A stretch of DNA of 64,000 nt. Source: Myxococcota bacterium (GTDB lineage: Bacteria; Myxococcota_A; Polyangia; Nannocystales; Nannocystaceae). The notes under the pieces are model-generated. The model was not told the origin of the DNA, ran no database searches, and saw only the letters and a list, made by a program, of their open reading frames with translations. Positions 18,178-28,180 of the stretch are shown here, one piece after another. Position 1 is the first letter of the stretch, and each line of letters begins with the position of its first letter. The DNA lies in contig JBCCHT010000025.1 in assembly GCA_039028615.1 (NCBI GenBank), positions 128,001 through 192,000 on the forward strand, read 5' to 3'. Both the position numbers and the translations under genes were made by a program.

Positions 18178-19650
18178 TCAATCAACTCGCCCGCGATAAA
18201 CCCCACGACCGCCGTCTCCGCCGTCCGCGGTCGCGAACACGATGTCACCATCGAAGGGGTCGCCCGCGTTGAGCCGCGGCGATTGTCGGTACGCATTCCA
18301 GTCGAGCGTCTGCCAGCTGCCCGTGGCCGGATCGATGAGCCGTAGCGCGCCGTGCTCGGTCGAGTCCTCGTTGGCGATGGTCAAGATCCGCTCGTCGGCC
18401 AGCCACCGTCGACTGGTGTGCACCCGATCGGCGACGCGCTCGACTTCGCCGCCATCGAAGGGCACGAAGCTCAGGCTGCCCTCGTTCGCCACGGGCACGT
18501 CGTCGGTCTCGAAGATCTCCACGCCGGAGCCACGGCGCGACACCGTGCCCTGATGGCGAGCGAAGACCCGCGGGGACTCGCCCGGCACCCAGCGCAGCTC
18601 CTCGGTCTCGCCGTCGACCCGCCGGGCCAGCCACAGCTCGCCATCATCGAGCAGACCGCGAATGTCGGTCCGGGCCGGCGTGTCGATCCGAGCCCCGCCC
18701 TCGAGCCAGAACAGCAGCGGCCCCTGGTCGTCGTCGCGCACGAGCAGGTAGTCGCCCAGGTACGGGTTGGCCGTCCACTCGAGATGCGTATTGAGCAGGT
18801 GCGTGTCCGTGTGGTCTTCGCGATCGTGCAAGAAGACGGGGCCGACCGGCGTGTCGGGTTCACCCTCGGCGGGGTCGAGCGCCTGCCATACGAGCCAGCG
18901 ACCGTCCCCCGAGGCCCGAAACTCGCGGACCCCGGTCAGCTCGGTGGTCACCTCACCGCCGTCGAGGTCGACGTGCTGCACCTCGCCCGCTTCGGTCAGC
19001 ACGAGTGCCTCGCCGCCCTTGGCCCACAGCGAGGACGTCCAGTTCGATCCCGGGCCGTAGAAGGTGTTGCGGGCGGTTCGAACGCCAGAGGCGAGGACCT
19101 CGGGCGTGTCCGCCGGATCGGCCGGGTCTCGCAGCAGCACCAGGTCCCCAAAATCGCGATCGACGTCGGCCTCGACCGTCACCAACCCGACATCCGTGGT
19201 TCGCAGCGGACACCAACCCCCGAAGATCTCCCGTGGCGCCTGCGCCCCGCTCGGGTCGATGACCCACGCTCCGTGCCCGCCATCGCTGCAGGCCACGTCG
19301 ACGGCACCGAAACGGCTGGTCAGCGTGAGCCCGCGAGCCACGACCAGGGGCCGCTCCCCGCAAGGGTCGATGGCGTGGATCCGCAGCTCGAGGGTGGGCG
19401 GCAAGCTGGACAGCGGCAGGGCCGGGTCGACGACGAACGTGCTCACCAACACGCGCTCGGGGTCGGCCCCGCGATCGACGCGATAGGCGTGCTCACCCGC
19501 TTCCAGTGGCAGTAACCGATGCGGTCCATCGGTGCCGCAAACCGCGGACCAGGTGGCGAGCGGGGGCTCGTCGACGACCATCGGATCGACCGCATCGTCG
19601 CGACACCCAGCCCCAATGAGGGTCATGCCGAGCGCGAAACGTCGAATCAC
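18178..19650 (-). CDS. Hypothetical lipoprotein, beta-propeller-like
   Basis: Lipobox GAGC after GTG 19650; FRASGDGRWLVW TolB-like blade. Confidence 0.7.
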   Translation of the reverse strand: MIRRFALGMTLIGAGCRDDAVDPMVVDEPPLATWSAVCGTDGPHRLLPLEAGEHAYRVDRGADPERVLVSTFVVDPALPLSSLPPTLELRIHAIDPCGERPLVVARGLTLTSRFGAVDVACSDGGHGAWVIDPSGAQAPREIFGGWCPLRTTDVGLVTVEADVDRDFGDLVLLRDPADPADTPEVLASGVRTARNTFYGPGSNWTSSLWAKGGEALVLTEAGEVQHVDLDGGEVTTELTGVREFRASGDGRWLVWQALDPAEGEPDTPVGPVFLHDREDHTDTHLLNTHLEWTANPYLGDYLLVRDDDQGPLLFWLEGGARIDTPARTDIRGLLDDGELWLARRVDGETEELRWVPGESPRVFARHQGTVSRRGSGVEIFETDDVPVANEGSLSFVPFDGGEVERVADRVHTSRRWLADERILTIANEDSTEHGALRLIDPATGSWQTLDWNAYRQSPRLNAGDPFDGDIVFATADGGDGGRGVYRGRVD

Positions 19651-19762
19651 GCGTCCAGCATAGCAGCCGAGCGAACCACGCCAGTGGGGGCCCGTAGCCC
19701 GCGGCCGGTGCTGGGCGCCCCCACCCTCGACGGTCTTGCTCGGCCGCGCTAGCTTGGCACCC

Positions 19763-21028
19763 ATGGCTTATCGTTTGGATGGATTGAAGATGAAGATCGT
19801 CGCCGGGCTGGGCCTGTCGCCGCTGCTGCTGACAGGCACGTCGGGGTGCGTCTCGCGTTCGGTCGATGGTCCCGACGACGACATGGGCGGGGACGGCAGC
19901 AGCGGCATGGCGGAGACGTCGGGGTCCTCGGCCACGACCGCGATGTCGACCACGTCTCCCGTCACCACCCTGCCCCCCAGCGACGAGGGCACCACCTCGG
20001 TGCCGCCCGAGCAGATGTGCTTCCCCTCCGACGACTGGCTCGAGTGGGAGATCTGGTGGGGCGTCGATGCCAACGGCGACTGCGTGTGCGATCAAGAGTG
20101 CCAAATGGTCGTGCAGTCGCAGTGGGACGAGGAGAACTGCTGCGGCAGCTGCTGGTACACCTTTGGCGAAGTGCTCTGCTCCGAGCCGCTCGCCGGCCAG
20201 TGCCACTTCATCGTCACCATGTACGAGGAGGGCTGCGGCAAGGGCCGGCCGCTCATCGTGAACGACGAAGCCCGGGTCGCATGCGTGACCGAGCGCGACG
20301 ACTGGCAGCGCGGCGACATGCCGCGGGTGGACGGTCTGTCCCCGAGGCAGCGCCGAGAGCTCGCCGCGTACTGGACCGATGCGGCACTCGCCGAGCATGC
20401 CTCGGTGGCCTCGTTCGCTCGCTTCATGCTCGACCTGTCTGCCCTCGGGGCTCCGCCCGAGCTGCTCGCGGACACCAGCGCCGCCATGCACGACGAGATT
20501 CGCCACGCCCAGGTCGCCTTTGCCCTCGCGTCGGGTTACGGCGGCACGGCGGTGGGCCCCGGGCCCCTGCCCATGCACGGCCTGAACGCGGGGCAGAGCG
20601 CCGAGTCCATCGTGCGGGCCGCGGTGCGCGAGGGGTGCGTCGAAGAGACGCTCGCCGCGGCCGAAGCCGAGCTCGCCGCCCATCGTGCAACCGAGCCCAC
20701 CGTCAAAGCTGCGCTCACGGCCATCGCCGAGGACGAGGCGCGCCATGCCGTGCTCGCGTGGCGCTTCGTGGACTGGGCAGTGCAGCAAGACCGCTCGCTG
20801 GCAGCGGCGGTGCGTGACGAATTCGATCGCGCCATCGCGGCGGCACAGCGTGCCTCCGTCGCCCCCAGCACCGACCTCGAGCCCACCGTGGCCGCCGCCC
20901 ATGGCGTCCTGTCGGCGGACGCTCGCCACACGCTGCGCGCCCGGTGCCTGCGGGGCACGGTCGCCGTGTGTGCGAAGGCGATGCTCGTCGACCGTACCGA
21001 CGTCGAGTCGGCGTCGACGCTCGCGTAG
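19763..21028 (+). CDS. Myxobacterial ferritin-like domain lipoprotein
   Basis: TSGC lipobox, Cys-rich segment, GRPL, EHASVASFARF, DEIRH, EGCVEET, DEARH diiron motifs. Confidence 0.85.
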   Translation: MAYRLDGLKMKIVAGLGLSPLLLTGTSGCVSRSVDGPDDDMGGDGSSGMAETSGSSATTAMSTTSPVTTLPPSDEGTTSVPPEQMCFPSDDWLEWEIWWGVDANGDCVCDQECQMVVQSQWDEENCCGSCWYTFGEVLCSEPLAGQCHFIVTMYEEGCGKGRPLIVNDEARVACVTERDDWQRGDMPRVDGLSPRQRRELAAYWTDAALAEHASVASFARFMLDLSALGAPPELLADTSAAMHDEIRHAQVAFALASGYGGTAVGPGPLPMHGLNAGQSAESIVRAAVREGCVEETLAAAEAELAAHRATEPTVKAALTAIAEDEARHAVLAWRFVDWAVQQDRSLAAAVRDEFDRAIAAAQRASVAPSTDLEPTVAAAHGVLSADARHTLRARCLRGTVAVCAKAMLVDRTDVESASTLA

Positions 21029-21108
21029 AGCGAGGCGGAGACCCCCGTGCAGCGGTACGGACCCTTCATCTTGTTCGTACCGCGGCATGGGTCTACGTTG
21101 GCCTCGCG

Positions 21109-22278
21109 ATGAATCGACGCTCGCGGTATTCGACTCTGGGTTGGGCCTTGGTACTCGCGAGCTGCGGCGGCAGCGAAACCGAGCCCGCCGATGCGGCAGG
21201 AAGCAGCGGGTCCTCGCTCGCCAGCTCCGATGGCTCCGCCGACGCAGCATCTTCGGGTGACGGCAGCGACGGCCCCACCGATCCCACCGACCCCGGGTCC
21301 ACGAGCAGCGCGGACTCCAGCAGCGACGACGGCCCGCCGGGTGATTGCGAGGCCGAGGGTTTTCACGTCGACGGCGGTACGCTCTACGACGACCACTGCA
21401 ACCCGTTCGTCTTTCGCGGGCTCAACTACCCCTACGCGTGGTTTGCCTGGCGTGACGACACCGAGCAGCAATTCGCCGATATCGCGGCCGCAGGGGCCAA
21501 TACGATGCGGATCGTGCTGGCCAACGGCGAGCAGTGGGAGCGCATCGACGGACGGCAGCTGACCCAGGTCATCGACTGGGCGAAGAGCCAGCGACTGGTC
21601 GTCGTGCTCGAGATCCACGACGCCACGGGATGGTCGGAGCAGGCCAGCGCGGCCGATCCTCAGACCGCGGTCGACTACTGGCTCAGCCCCGACATCCGCT
21701 CCGCGATCGATGGCAACGAAGCGTTCGTGATCATCAACATCGCCAACGAGCCGCTCGGCAACGACACCACCGATCAGTGGGTGCCCTTCCACTCGGGGGC
21801 GATCGCCGAGCTTCGTCGGGCCGGCCTGCGACACACGCTCATCGTGGACGCGCCCAACTGGGGTCAGGACTGGAGCGGCACCATGCGCGACGGCGTGGCG
21901 GCGCAGCAGATCTTCGACGCCGACCCCGATGGCAACGTCGTGTTCTCCGTGCACATGTACGACGTGTACGGCACGGAGCCGAGCGTGCAGAGTTACTTCG
22001 ACGAGTTCCTCGCCTCGGGCCTGCCGCTCATCGTCGGCGAGTTCGCGGCCGACCACGGGCCGAAGAACCCGGTGGCGGCCGAAGCGATCATGGCCGCGAG
22101 CGAAGCGGCGTCGGTCGGCTACCTGGGGTGGTCGTGGTCGGGCAACTCGGCCGAGCTGGCGTCGCTGGACATCGTCGTCGATTTCTCCGGGGCCAACCTC
22201 TCGCCCTGGGGCGAGATGCTGGTCAACGGTCCCAACGGGCTGCAAGCCACCGCGCAGACCTGCAGCTGCTACGAATAG
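21109..22278 (+). CDS. GH5 glycoside hydrolase lipoprotein (beta-mannanase-like, GH5_8)
   Basis: Lipobox LASC; GANTMRIVL, EIHDATG, INIANEP (acid/base), DAPNWGQD, HMY, IVGEF (nucleophile), WSWSGN. Confidence 0.92.
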   Translation: MNRRSRYSTLGWALVLASCGGSETEPADAAGSSGSSLASSDGSADAASSGDGSDGPTDPTDPGSTSSADSSSDDGPPGDCEAEGFHVDGGTLYDDHCNPFVFRGLNYPYAWFAWRDDTEQQFADIAAAGANTMRIVLANGEQWERIDGRQLTQVIDWAKSQRLVVVLEIHDATGWSEQASAADPQTAVDYWLSPDIRSAIDGNEAFVIINIANEPLGNDTTDQWVPFHSGAIAELRRAGLRHTLIVDAPNWGQDWSGTMRDGVAAQQIFDADPDGNVVFSVHMYDVYGTEPSVQSYFDEFLASGLPLIVGEFAADHGPKNPVAAEAIMAASEAASVGYLGWSWSGNSAELASLDIVVDFSGANLSPWGEMLVNGPNGLQATAQTCSCYE

Positions 22279-22362
22279 GCGCGCATCCGCTGCCCCCGAG
22301 ATAGCGAGGGCAGCCGATGCGCGCTGGAGGGTGGTGGAGGCAGGGGAGTACTGCCCCACCGA

Positions 22363-23400
22363 TCAGTTGACGGTCGTCTCGGGGGGGCCGTCGCCCTCGG
22401 GCTCGAACTCAGGATCGAGCACCATGATGAACTTGTCGAACTCGAGGCCGTCCTCGCGCATGCCGAACGCGATGGTGTGCACGCCCGGTGTGTCGATCTG
22501 CAGCCAGATGTTGGCGTCGCGACGGCTGACGCCGTTGGCCGCCGACACGCCCGTGTGCTGAGAGCCGCCGCGGCGATTTTGCGTCCAGCCCCACCCGCCG
22601 GGGAACTGCATGCGCATGCTGCTGGGATCGATGAGGTCGTTCTCCGGCCACTCGCCGTCGAGCCCCACGTGGATCCCGTTGGCGGCCGGCCCCTGCCCTC
22701 GCGCCCGCGCCCAGACGTAGTAGCGACCGGTCTGCGTGAAGTTCACGCGGTACTCGAGCCGCGGCGCCTGGCTTTGGTTGTTGACCACGCCGAGGTTGCC
22801 CGTGTTCTGCTCGTGATCGGTCCGGCGACGATCGGGCAGCGGCTCGACATAGGCCCCGCCCGCCGCTTCGGCCGGATCGATGTCGTCGCCGTCACAGGTC
22901 GGGTACTGGTTGCACTCGGGTCGATTGTCGTTGGTGCACGGCGTGTCGGTGACGCAGGTGACCTCGGGGTCGTCCACGCCATCTCGGAAGGTGTACCAGT
23001 ACGCCTGCGTGAACTCGTTGTTGAGCTCGACGTAGTAGTGCTCGGCCTCCACCGACACGAGGCCGTCGACCTCTTCGAACTCCCAGTCCACCATGGGGCC
23101 GCCGGTCGAGCCGGTCTCGTCGCTGCCCGGTCCGGTGGTCTCGCTGCCGTCGTCGGACTCGTCGGAAGGATCGAAGGTCGTCGCCCCATCGCTCGTCTCG
23201 CCGGGCGTCGGGGTGGCATCATCGGTGGTCGCAACGGGCTCGTCGCCCGACGTGGATGCCATGCCCGAGCCGAAGCTCGGCGTGTCGGAGCTGCCTTCCG
23301 TGCCGACATCGCCACAGCCGGCGACGGCCAACAGAGTCACGAGGGTCGAGCTCGCGAGCAACGAGCGCGAAGCGAAGGTGGGTGTGGCTGAATCAAACAT
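22363..23400 (-). CDS. Lipoprotein with a jelly-roll carbohydrate-binding-like domain
   Basis: Lipobox VAGC; VSVEAEHY...YRVNFTQTGRYYVWAR...MREDGLEFDK. Confidence 0.75.
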   Translation of the reverse strand: MFDSATPTFASRSLLASSTLVTLLAVAGCGDVGTEGSSDTPSFGSGMASTSGDEPVATTDDATPTPGETSDGATTFDPSDESDDGSETTGPGSDETGSTGGPMVDWEFEEVDGLVSVEAEHYYVELNNEFTQAYWYTFRDGVDDPEVTCVTDTPCTNDNRPECNQYPTCDGDDIDPAEAAGGAYVEPLPDRRRTDHEQNTGNLGVVNNQSQAPRLEYRVNFTQTGRYYVWARARGQGPAANGIHVGLDGEWPENDLIDPSSMRMQFPGGWGWTQNRRGGSQHTGVSAANGVSRRDANIWLQIDTPGVHTIAFGMREDGLEFDKFIMVLDPEFEPEGDGPPETTVN

Positions 23401-24832
23401 TGCGGAATCCCGTGATCTCGGTTGGTTGGTAGTCGGGCCATCGCTCGGGAATCCCCGAGTCCACGCCGTAGGCCGCCAGGGCCTGGTGATAGACGTCGGA
23501 GGGGATCAGCGGCTGGTCGTACCAGCCCGCGTTGAAGCGGTCGCCGCCGCCGAGCACGGCGTGGAAGGTGTCGGCCGGGTCGTGGTTTTCTCCGTACTCG
23601 GTCCCGAACAACACCAGGCTGTTGTCGAGCACCGTGCGCCCGTTGAGCTCGACGATCGCGTCCATCGCCCGCAGCGTCTCGGCCACCAGACCGATGGAAA
23701 AGTGCTGATAGCGGCGGATGTGCTCGGGTCGATAGTCGTGGAAGATCCGGTCGTGCGGGGTGCCGTCGCCCAGCACTTGCTCGAAGTCGAGGCTGCCGCC
23801 CAGGGCGTCGTAGACCCCGCTGAAGCGAATGTGACCGCCTCCGCCCACGCTGAGCAGGCTGCCGAAGCGCACCGCGTCGCACGAGATGCCCAGGGCGAGG
23901 ATCTCCCCGATGAGGGTCATCGCCTCGCGTGCGACCTGCCAGGCAATCTGGGGCGCGCCGGGTCCGGTCGCTCCGTTGGCCGCGTCGTAGAACGAGTACC
24001 CGTCGGGGTCGTTGATGTCCCCCGCCTCGGGCGGGTCGCACACCAAGGGAATGTCGGGCTCTTCGTCGTTCGGCGCGAGCTGCGTCTCGACGTCGCGAAT
24101 CGCCGACAGGTGGTTGTCGATCTTCGCCTTCGAGGCGGCCCCCAGCGGCGAGGCATCCGAGGTCAGGTGTTGGTACTGGTCGAGCACGCTGTCCAGCACG
24201 CTGCGATGCACATGGTTGCGAACCAGCTGATCGGGGTCCGGCTCGCCGCCGCTGCCCGGATCGGGGGGCTCGAACATCCCGAAGAGCAGGTCGAAGATCC
24301 GCGACGGACGTCGCTCGGGTCGCTGCCCTGGGCTGCCGTCCTCGTTCCAGTGGCGCGTGAACTGAGACACCGCGCCCGTGCGCGACCAGATGCCGGCCGA
24401 GATCTCGGGCACGGCCACGTTGGGCACCCCCGAGGGATGGAGCGCGCGCTTCATCACCTGCTCCATGCTCGGGCCGCCCGCCTGGTAGTTGCCGCCGTCG
24501 CCTTGCTGCGGCACCCCGGTGAAGGTCGCCGCCGACGTGCTGAAGTGCGGCGTCCCGCTCGCGCTCAGCGGCCCCCCGTCGACGCGGGTGAACATCGCCG
24601 CCTTGTCGGCAAAGGGCGCGAGCGGCTGCAGCGGGCCCTCGAACTGCTCGAGCTGCATGGCGCGGGCGATCCCCAGGCCAAAGGACATGGTGAAGAGCCG
24701 ACACGGGGTGCCGTCGTCGGCCTCGGCGCGTGCGCTCGGCATGAACTCCTCGAGGAAGGGCAAGCCGATCGCGATGCTCCCCGCGCCGCGCAGCAAGTGT
24801 CGTCGAGTGAAGGTACGGGTCATCGTGCTCAC
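23393..24832 (-). CDS. DUF1552 family protein (Tat signal)
   Basis: TRRHLLRGAG..IGLPFLE, SMEQ, HLSAIRDVE, GRTVLDNSLV...E...H. Confidence 0.88.
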   Translation of the reverse strand: MSTMTRTFTRRHLLRGAGSIAIGLPFLEEFMPSARAEADDGTPCRLFTMSFGLGIARAMQLEQFEGPLQPLAPFADKAAMFTRVDGGPLSASGTPHFSTSAATFTGVPQQGDGGNYQAGGPSMEQVMKRALHPSGVPNVAVPEISAGIWSRTGAVSQFTRHWNEDGSPGQRPERRPSRIFDLLFGMFEPPDPGSGGEPDPDQLVRNHVHRSVLDSVLDQYQHLTSDASPLGAASKAKIDNHLSAIRDVETQLAPNDEEPDIPLVCDPPEAGDINDPDGYSFYDAANGATGPGAPQIAWQVAREAMTLIGEILALGISCDAVRFGSLLSVGGGGHIRFSGVYDALGGSLDFEQVLGDGTPHDRIFHDYRPEHIRRYQHFSIGLVAETLRAMDAIVELNGRTVLDNSLVLFGTEYGENHDPADTFHAVLGGGDRFNAGWYDQPLIPSDVYHQALAAYGVDSGIPERWPDYQPTEITGFRNV

Positions 24833-26517
24833 TCCGCGGGCGCGCTGCGCTTGAAGGTCAGTTGACGGTTTTCGGCCACCGACATCGCCAGGCCATCGAA
24901 GGTCTCCTCGGCGGCCACGAAGTCGTCGGCGGCTTGCTCGATGGAGCCCACCGCGGCCGAGGCCCGTGCCCCCGAGGCGTACTCCATCATGTTCTCCACC
25001 AGGCAGCGGCGGATCTGGTCCTGTCCCGCCAGCTGCCCGAGCATGTCGGCAGCGGAGGCAAAGGAAAGCTCGGGGCGGTCATCGAACGCGGGCAGCGTGC
25101 CGTTGGAGTACAGCGAGCGCCCCTCGGCATCGACCGTGGTGTAGCGCCCCAGCAGATCGAAGCGCTCGAAGCCATACGCGATGGGCTCGAAGAGCGTGTG
25201 GCACGAGGTGCACTGCGGCTCGATGTTCATGCGGAACTCGCTGGCCTCCCGCGGGGTCATCGATTCCGTCTGCTGCGCCGTGTCCATGATCTGCTCGGCC
25301 ACGTCGTCCGGCGGCGGCGTGAGGTGCTGACACAAGACGCGCTCGGTCATGAACACACCGCGTCCCACGAACGAGGTCGTGCCCAGCGCTGCCAAGAACC
25401 CGGGATGGGTCAGCACACCGCCGCGGGCCTGGAGCGTCGACGAGTCGTAGAGGCTCAGCCCCGGCTGCGGGTTCGCGACGCCAGCCAGCTCGGCGACGGC
25501 GGGGGTCATCATCAGCTCGCGCCCGTCGAAGAGCGCGGCCAGGGACTGGTCGTCAGCCGAGATGTGCTCGAAAGTCGCCATCAAGCTACTGACGAGCTGG
25601 TCGGCCACCTCGGGCTCGGCCGCGACCAGGCTGGCGATGGAGACCAAGGAGTAGTCCGCCCAGAACACCTCCCGGCTACGAGCGAAGCGGGGGTCGGCGA
25701 TCATGCGCTCGACCTGCGCCTCGATCCCGGTGGCATCGACGGCCCCTTCACCGCCCGCTTGGGCGGCGAACTCGAGCAGCTCGAGATCGGGTGCCGACTG
25801 CCACAGGAAGTAGGAAAGACGACTGGCCAGCTCGTAGCCCGTCACCAGCCGAATCTCGTCCGGCGTGCCGTCCGTCTCGACCTCGAGGCGATACAGGAAC
25901 TGCGGCGACTGCAACATCGCCTGCACGATGCCCGTGACCACATCCTCTTCGGTGGTGCCCGGCTCGGCCGCGATGGTCTCGGCCAGCTCGTCGTAGTCCG
26001 CCACTTCGTCGTCCTGCAGCGGGCGACGAGCCAGGCGCAGGCCGAGCCCTCGAATGAAGCTCTCGCGACACGAGGGGTCGGCCATGCCGACGCAGCCGCC
26101 GTGGATCTCGGTGAGCCCGTCGGCGTCGAGACGCTCGGTCACCGAGCGCGCCACGAAGGCGTAGGCGAGCACGTACTGCGTGTTGAAGAACTGCGACGCG
26201 ACCGCGGTGGAGTAGGCCCCCTCGATGGGGATGTCCCGCGGCAGCTGCTCGCGCTCCTCGTCGGTCAGCTCGACACCGAGCACATCGAGCACCGAGTACT
26301 CGTATTGCGTCTCCGTCAGCCTTCCCACCAAGGGTGGCGGCACGCTGTGCGGGTTGACGTCCTCGGGCACGCCATCGTCGTCACCGTCCGTCTCGCCGCC
26401 CGTGGCCGTGTCCGTACCGCCGTCGTCCGCCGTCATGGCGGGCGAGCCCGAATAACAGCCGACCAGGCCAGCGATCGCAGCAATTGCCACGCGCCGCGTT
26501 CTTCGCCGAAGCTTCAC
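24829..26517 (-). CDS. DUF1592/DUF1588/DUF1595 family lipoprotein with CxxCH
   Basis: RLTETQY, RRPL, LQSPQFLYRLE, YELASRLSYFLWQSAPD, RGGVLTH, CTSCH, GFERFDLLG; start tentatively GTG 26517. Confidence 0.9.
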   Translation of the reverse strand: MKLRRRTRRVAIAAIAGLVGCYSGSPAMTADDGGTDTATGGETDGDDDGVPEDVNPHSVPPPLVGRLTETQYEYSVLDVLGVELTDEEREQLPRDIPIEGAYSTAVASQFFNTQYVLAYAFVARSVTERLDADGLTEIHGGCVGMADPSCRESFIRGLGLRLARRPLQDDEVADYDELAETIAAEPGTTEEDVVTGIVQAMLQSPQFLYRLEVETDGTPDEIRLVTGYELASRLSYFLWQSAPDLELLEFAAQAGGEGAVDATGIEAQVERMIADPRFARSREVFWADYSLVSIASLVAAEPEVADQLVSSLMATFEHISADDQSLAALFDGRELMMTPAVAELAGVANPQPGLSLYDSSTLQARGGVLTHPGFLAALGTTSFVGRGVFMTERVLCQHLTPPPDDVAEQIMDTAQQTESMTPREASEFRMNIEPQCTSCHTLFEPIAYGFERFDLLGRYTTVDAEGRSLYSNGTLPAFDDRPELSFASAADMLGQLAGQDQIRRCLVENMMEYASGARASAAVGSIEQAADDFVAAEETFDGLAMSVAENRQLTFKRSAPAE

Positions 26518-26580
26518 GTCTTGCCCCCTCCCGAGCACCAACCGGAGCCACCACGACGGCGGCCCGCATGTACGAGGAGG

Positions 26581-26611
26581 TATTCCTCCCGCGGCCCCGG
26601 ACTCGTCACTC
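26581..26611 (-). promoter_or_regulatory. ECF-type promoter of the DUF1592 operon
   Basis: GAGTGACG-N18-GAATA, the same motif and spacing as 28181-28211. Confidence 0.7.
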
Positions 26612-26635
26612 GAACGACAAAGTAATTGTCGTTCG
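26611..26635. promoter_or_regulatory. Perfect inverted repeat, candidate transcription-factor site
   Basis: CGAACGACAA-AGTAA-TTGTCGTTCG abutting the putative -35 element. Confidence 0.55.
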
Positions 26636-26832
26636 CATCCATGCCGCAGCGTCATGCGGTGCTCCAGGCACCGGAACAGCCGCGACCCCGCGTCCGTGTC
26701 GCTCGACTCGAAGCTCGAGAGCCCTCGGGCCAACCGACGTGGATCTCGGTCGGTGGGCAGATTCCGATCGCCGAGGCCGAGCCGCTCTGCGCGTGCTGAT
26801 CCTCGGCGAGTTGCTTCCGACTCGACGAACGA

Positions 26833-27618
26833 CTACGGCGTGGCGGGAGCCACTGCGACGGGGCAGGCCTTCTCGAGCTCGGCTCTTCGTGCACCTCGCC
26901 GGGTCGACAGCAGCGTGCGCGCCGCGTCGATCCGCCCGGCACCGCACAGCGCCTTGAGCTTCAGCAACACGCGCTCCTCACCGAAGACACTGCCGGGATA
27001 CTTTGTCTGGTGCTCTCGCAGCTGCCCGAGCGCCTGACTGTAGCGACCCCCGGCCAAGCTCTGGCGGGCGGACTGCAGCAGCGCCATCTCGGCGCGCAGA
27101 TCTCCGGTCGATGTCGACGGCACGTCCTTGCGTCGCTTGTGCCCCCGCGAGGTCGAGCGGCGTCGACGGGGCCGCGCATCGGTGGCGGGCTCGGGCGCAG
27201 CTTCGGTGTCGGCCTCGGGTGTGATCGACTCGGCCTCGTCCTCCGCCTCGGGACTCGAGGCCGTGGTGCGGCCCCCGGCGGAGTACGCCTCGCCGCCCAC
27301 TTCGGCCGAAGCACGAGCGTAGCCCGCTTGGATCGGCTCTTTCGCGGGCACGATGGAAGACATCGGGGTGAAGGTCGACGCCATCCACAGCATGAGACCC
27401 GCCGCGAGTGCGCCCCCGAGGCCGATGGCCAGCCACAGTCGCCGGCCCCCCGCCGCTTCGTCGGACGGCGGTGCTTCGCCGATGCGCGGCGGTGCATCGC
27501 GCTCGACGGAGGCCTGCAGCTGCTCCCAGACCGAGGCGCGCTCCGAGGCGGGGACCTCGGCCCCGCTCGTCAGCTCGTCGAGCAACCGTCGGGCACTGGG
27601 TTGGAGCTCACTCACCAT
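26833..27618 (-). CDS. Putative single-pass anti-sigma factor with a C-terminal TPR-like domain
   Basis: Overlaps the ECF stop; one TM; Pro-rich linker; LRAEMALLQSARQSL...YPGSVFGEER..LKALCGAGR. Confidence 0.75.
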   Translation of the reverse strand: MVSELQPSARRLLDELTSGAEVPASERASVWEQLQASVERDAPPRIGEAPPSDEAAGGRRLWLAIGLGGALAAGLMLWMASTFTPMSSIVPAKEPIQAGYARASAEVGGEAYSAGGRTTASSPEAEDEAESITPEADTEAAPEPATDARPRRRRSTSRGHKRRKDVPSTSTGDLRAEMALLQSARQSLAGGRYSQALGQLREHQTKYPGSVFGEERVLLKLKALCGAGRIDAARTLLSTRRGARRAELEKACPVAVAPATP

Positions 27619-28174
27619 GGCGCTTCACCTCCGCGCGGTAGCGAGCGGCAAAGCGCTCGAACTTCTTCCGGGCCAGTCGCAGCCGCGAGTACACGGTGTT
27701 GGTCTTGGCTCCCACTGCGACCGCGACGTCGGGTGCCGCGACGCCCTCGACGTCGTGCAGCACGAACACGGCTCGTTGCTCCTCGGGCAGCCCGGCCAGG
27801 AACGTCTGCAGCAGAGCGTGAGCCTGGCTCTGCTGCAGCACCGTCTCCGCCGTGGCGACCGGCGCCTGGGGGGAGGGCACCGCCTGGAGTCGACGCTCGC
27901 GATGCACCCCAGTCCTGGCCCGCGCCACCACGTTGCGGGTAATGCCGAACAACCAGTTGCGGATCTTCCGCTCGCGATCGAAGTCGTGCCGTCGTCGATA
28001 CGCGATCAGGAACACGTCGTGCACGATGTCGCCGACATCCTGCGGAGGTGCGCCCATGTGTTTGGCGATGCGCCATACGAAATCGACGTGTTCCTGATAC
28101 AGCGCCGCCAGGTCGGTGGGGTCGACCTCGCCCGTGGCCCCGCCCGGGAGGCATCGGAGCTCTTTTGGCGACAC
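27608..28174 (-). CDS. ECF sigma factor
   Basis: LYQEHVDFVWR, DIVHDVF, RNWLFGI, RAVFVLHDVEG, NTVYSRLRLARKKF. Confidence 0.92.
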   Translation of the reverse strand: MSPKELRCLPGGATGEVDPTDLAALYQEHVDFVWRIAKHMGAPPQDVGDIVHDVFLIAYRRRHDFDRERKIRNWLFGITRNVVARARTGVHRERRLQAVPSPQAPVATAETVLQQSQAHALLQTFLAGLPEEQRAVFVLHDVEGVAAPDVAVAVGAKTNTVYSRLRLARKKFERFAARYRAEVKRHGE

Positions 28175-28180
28175 GACCCA

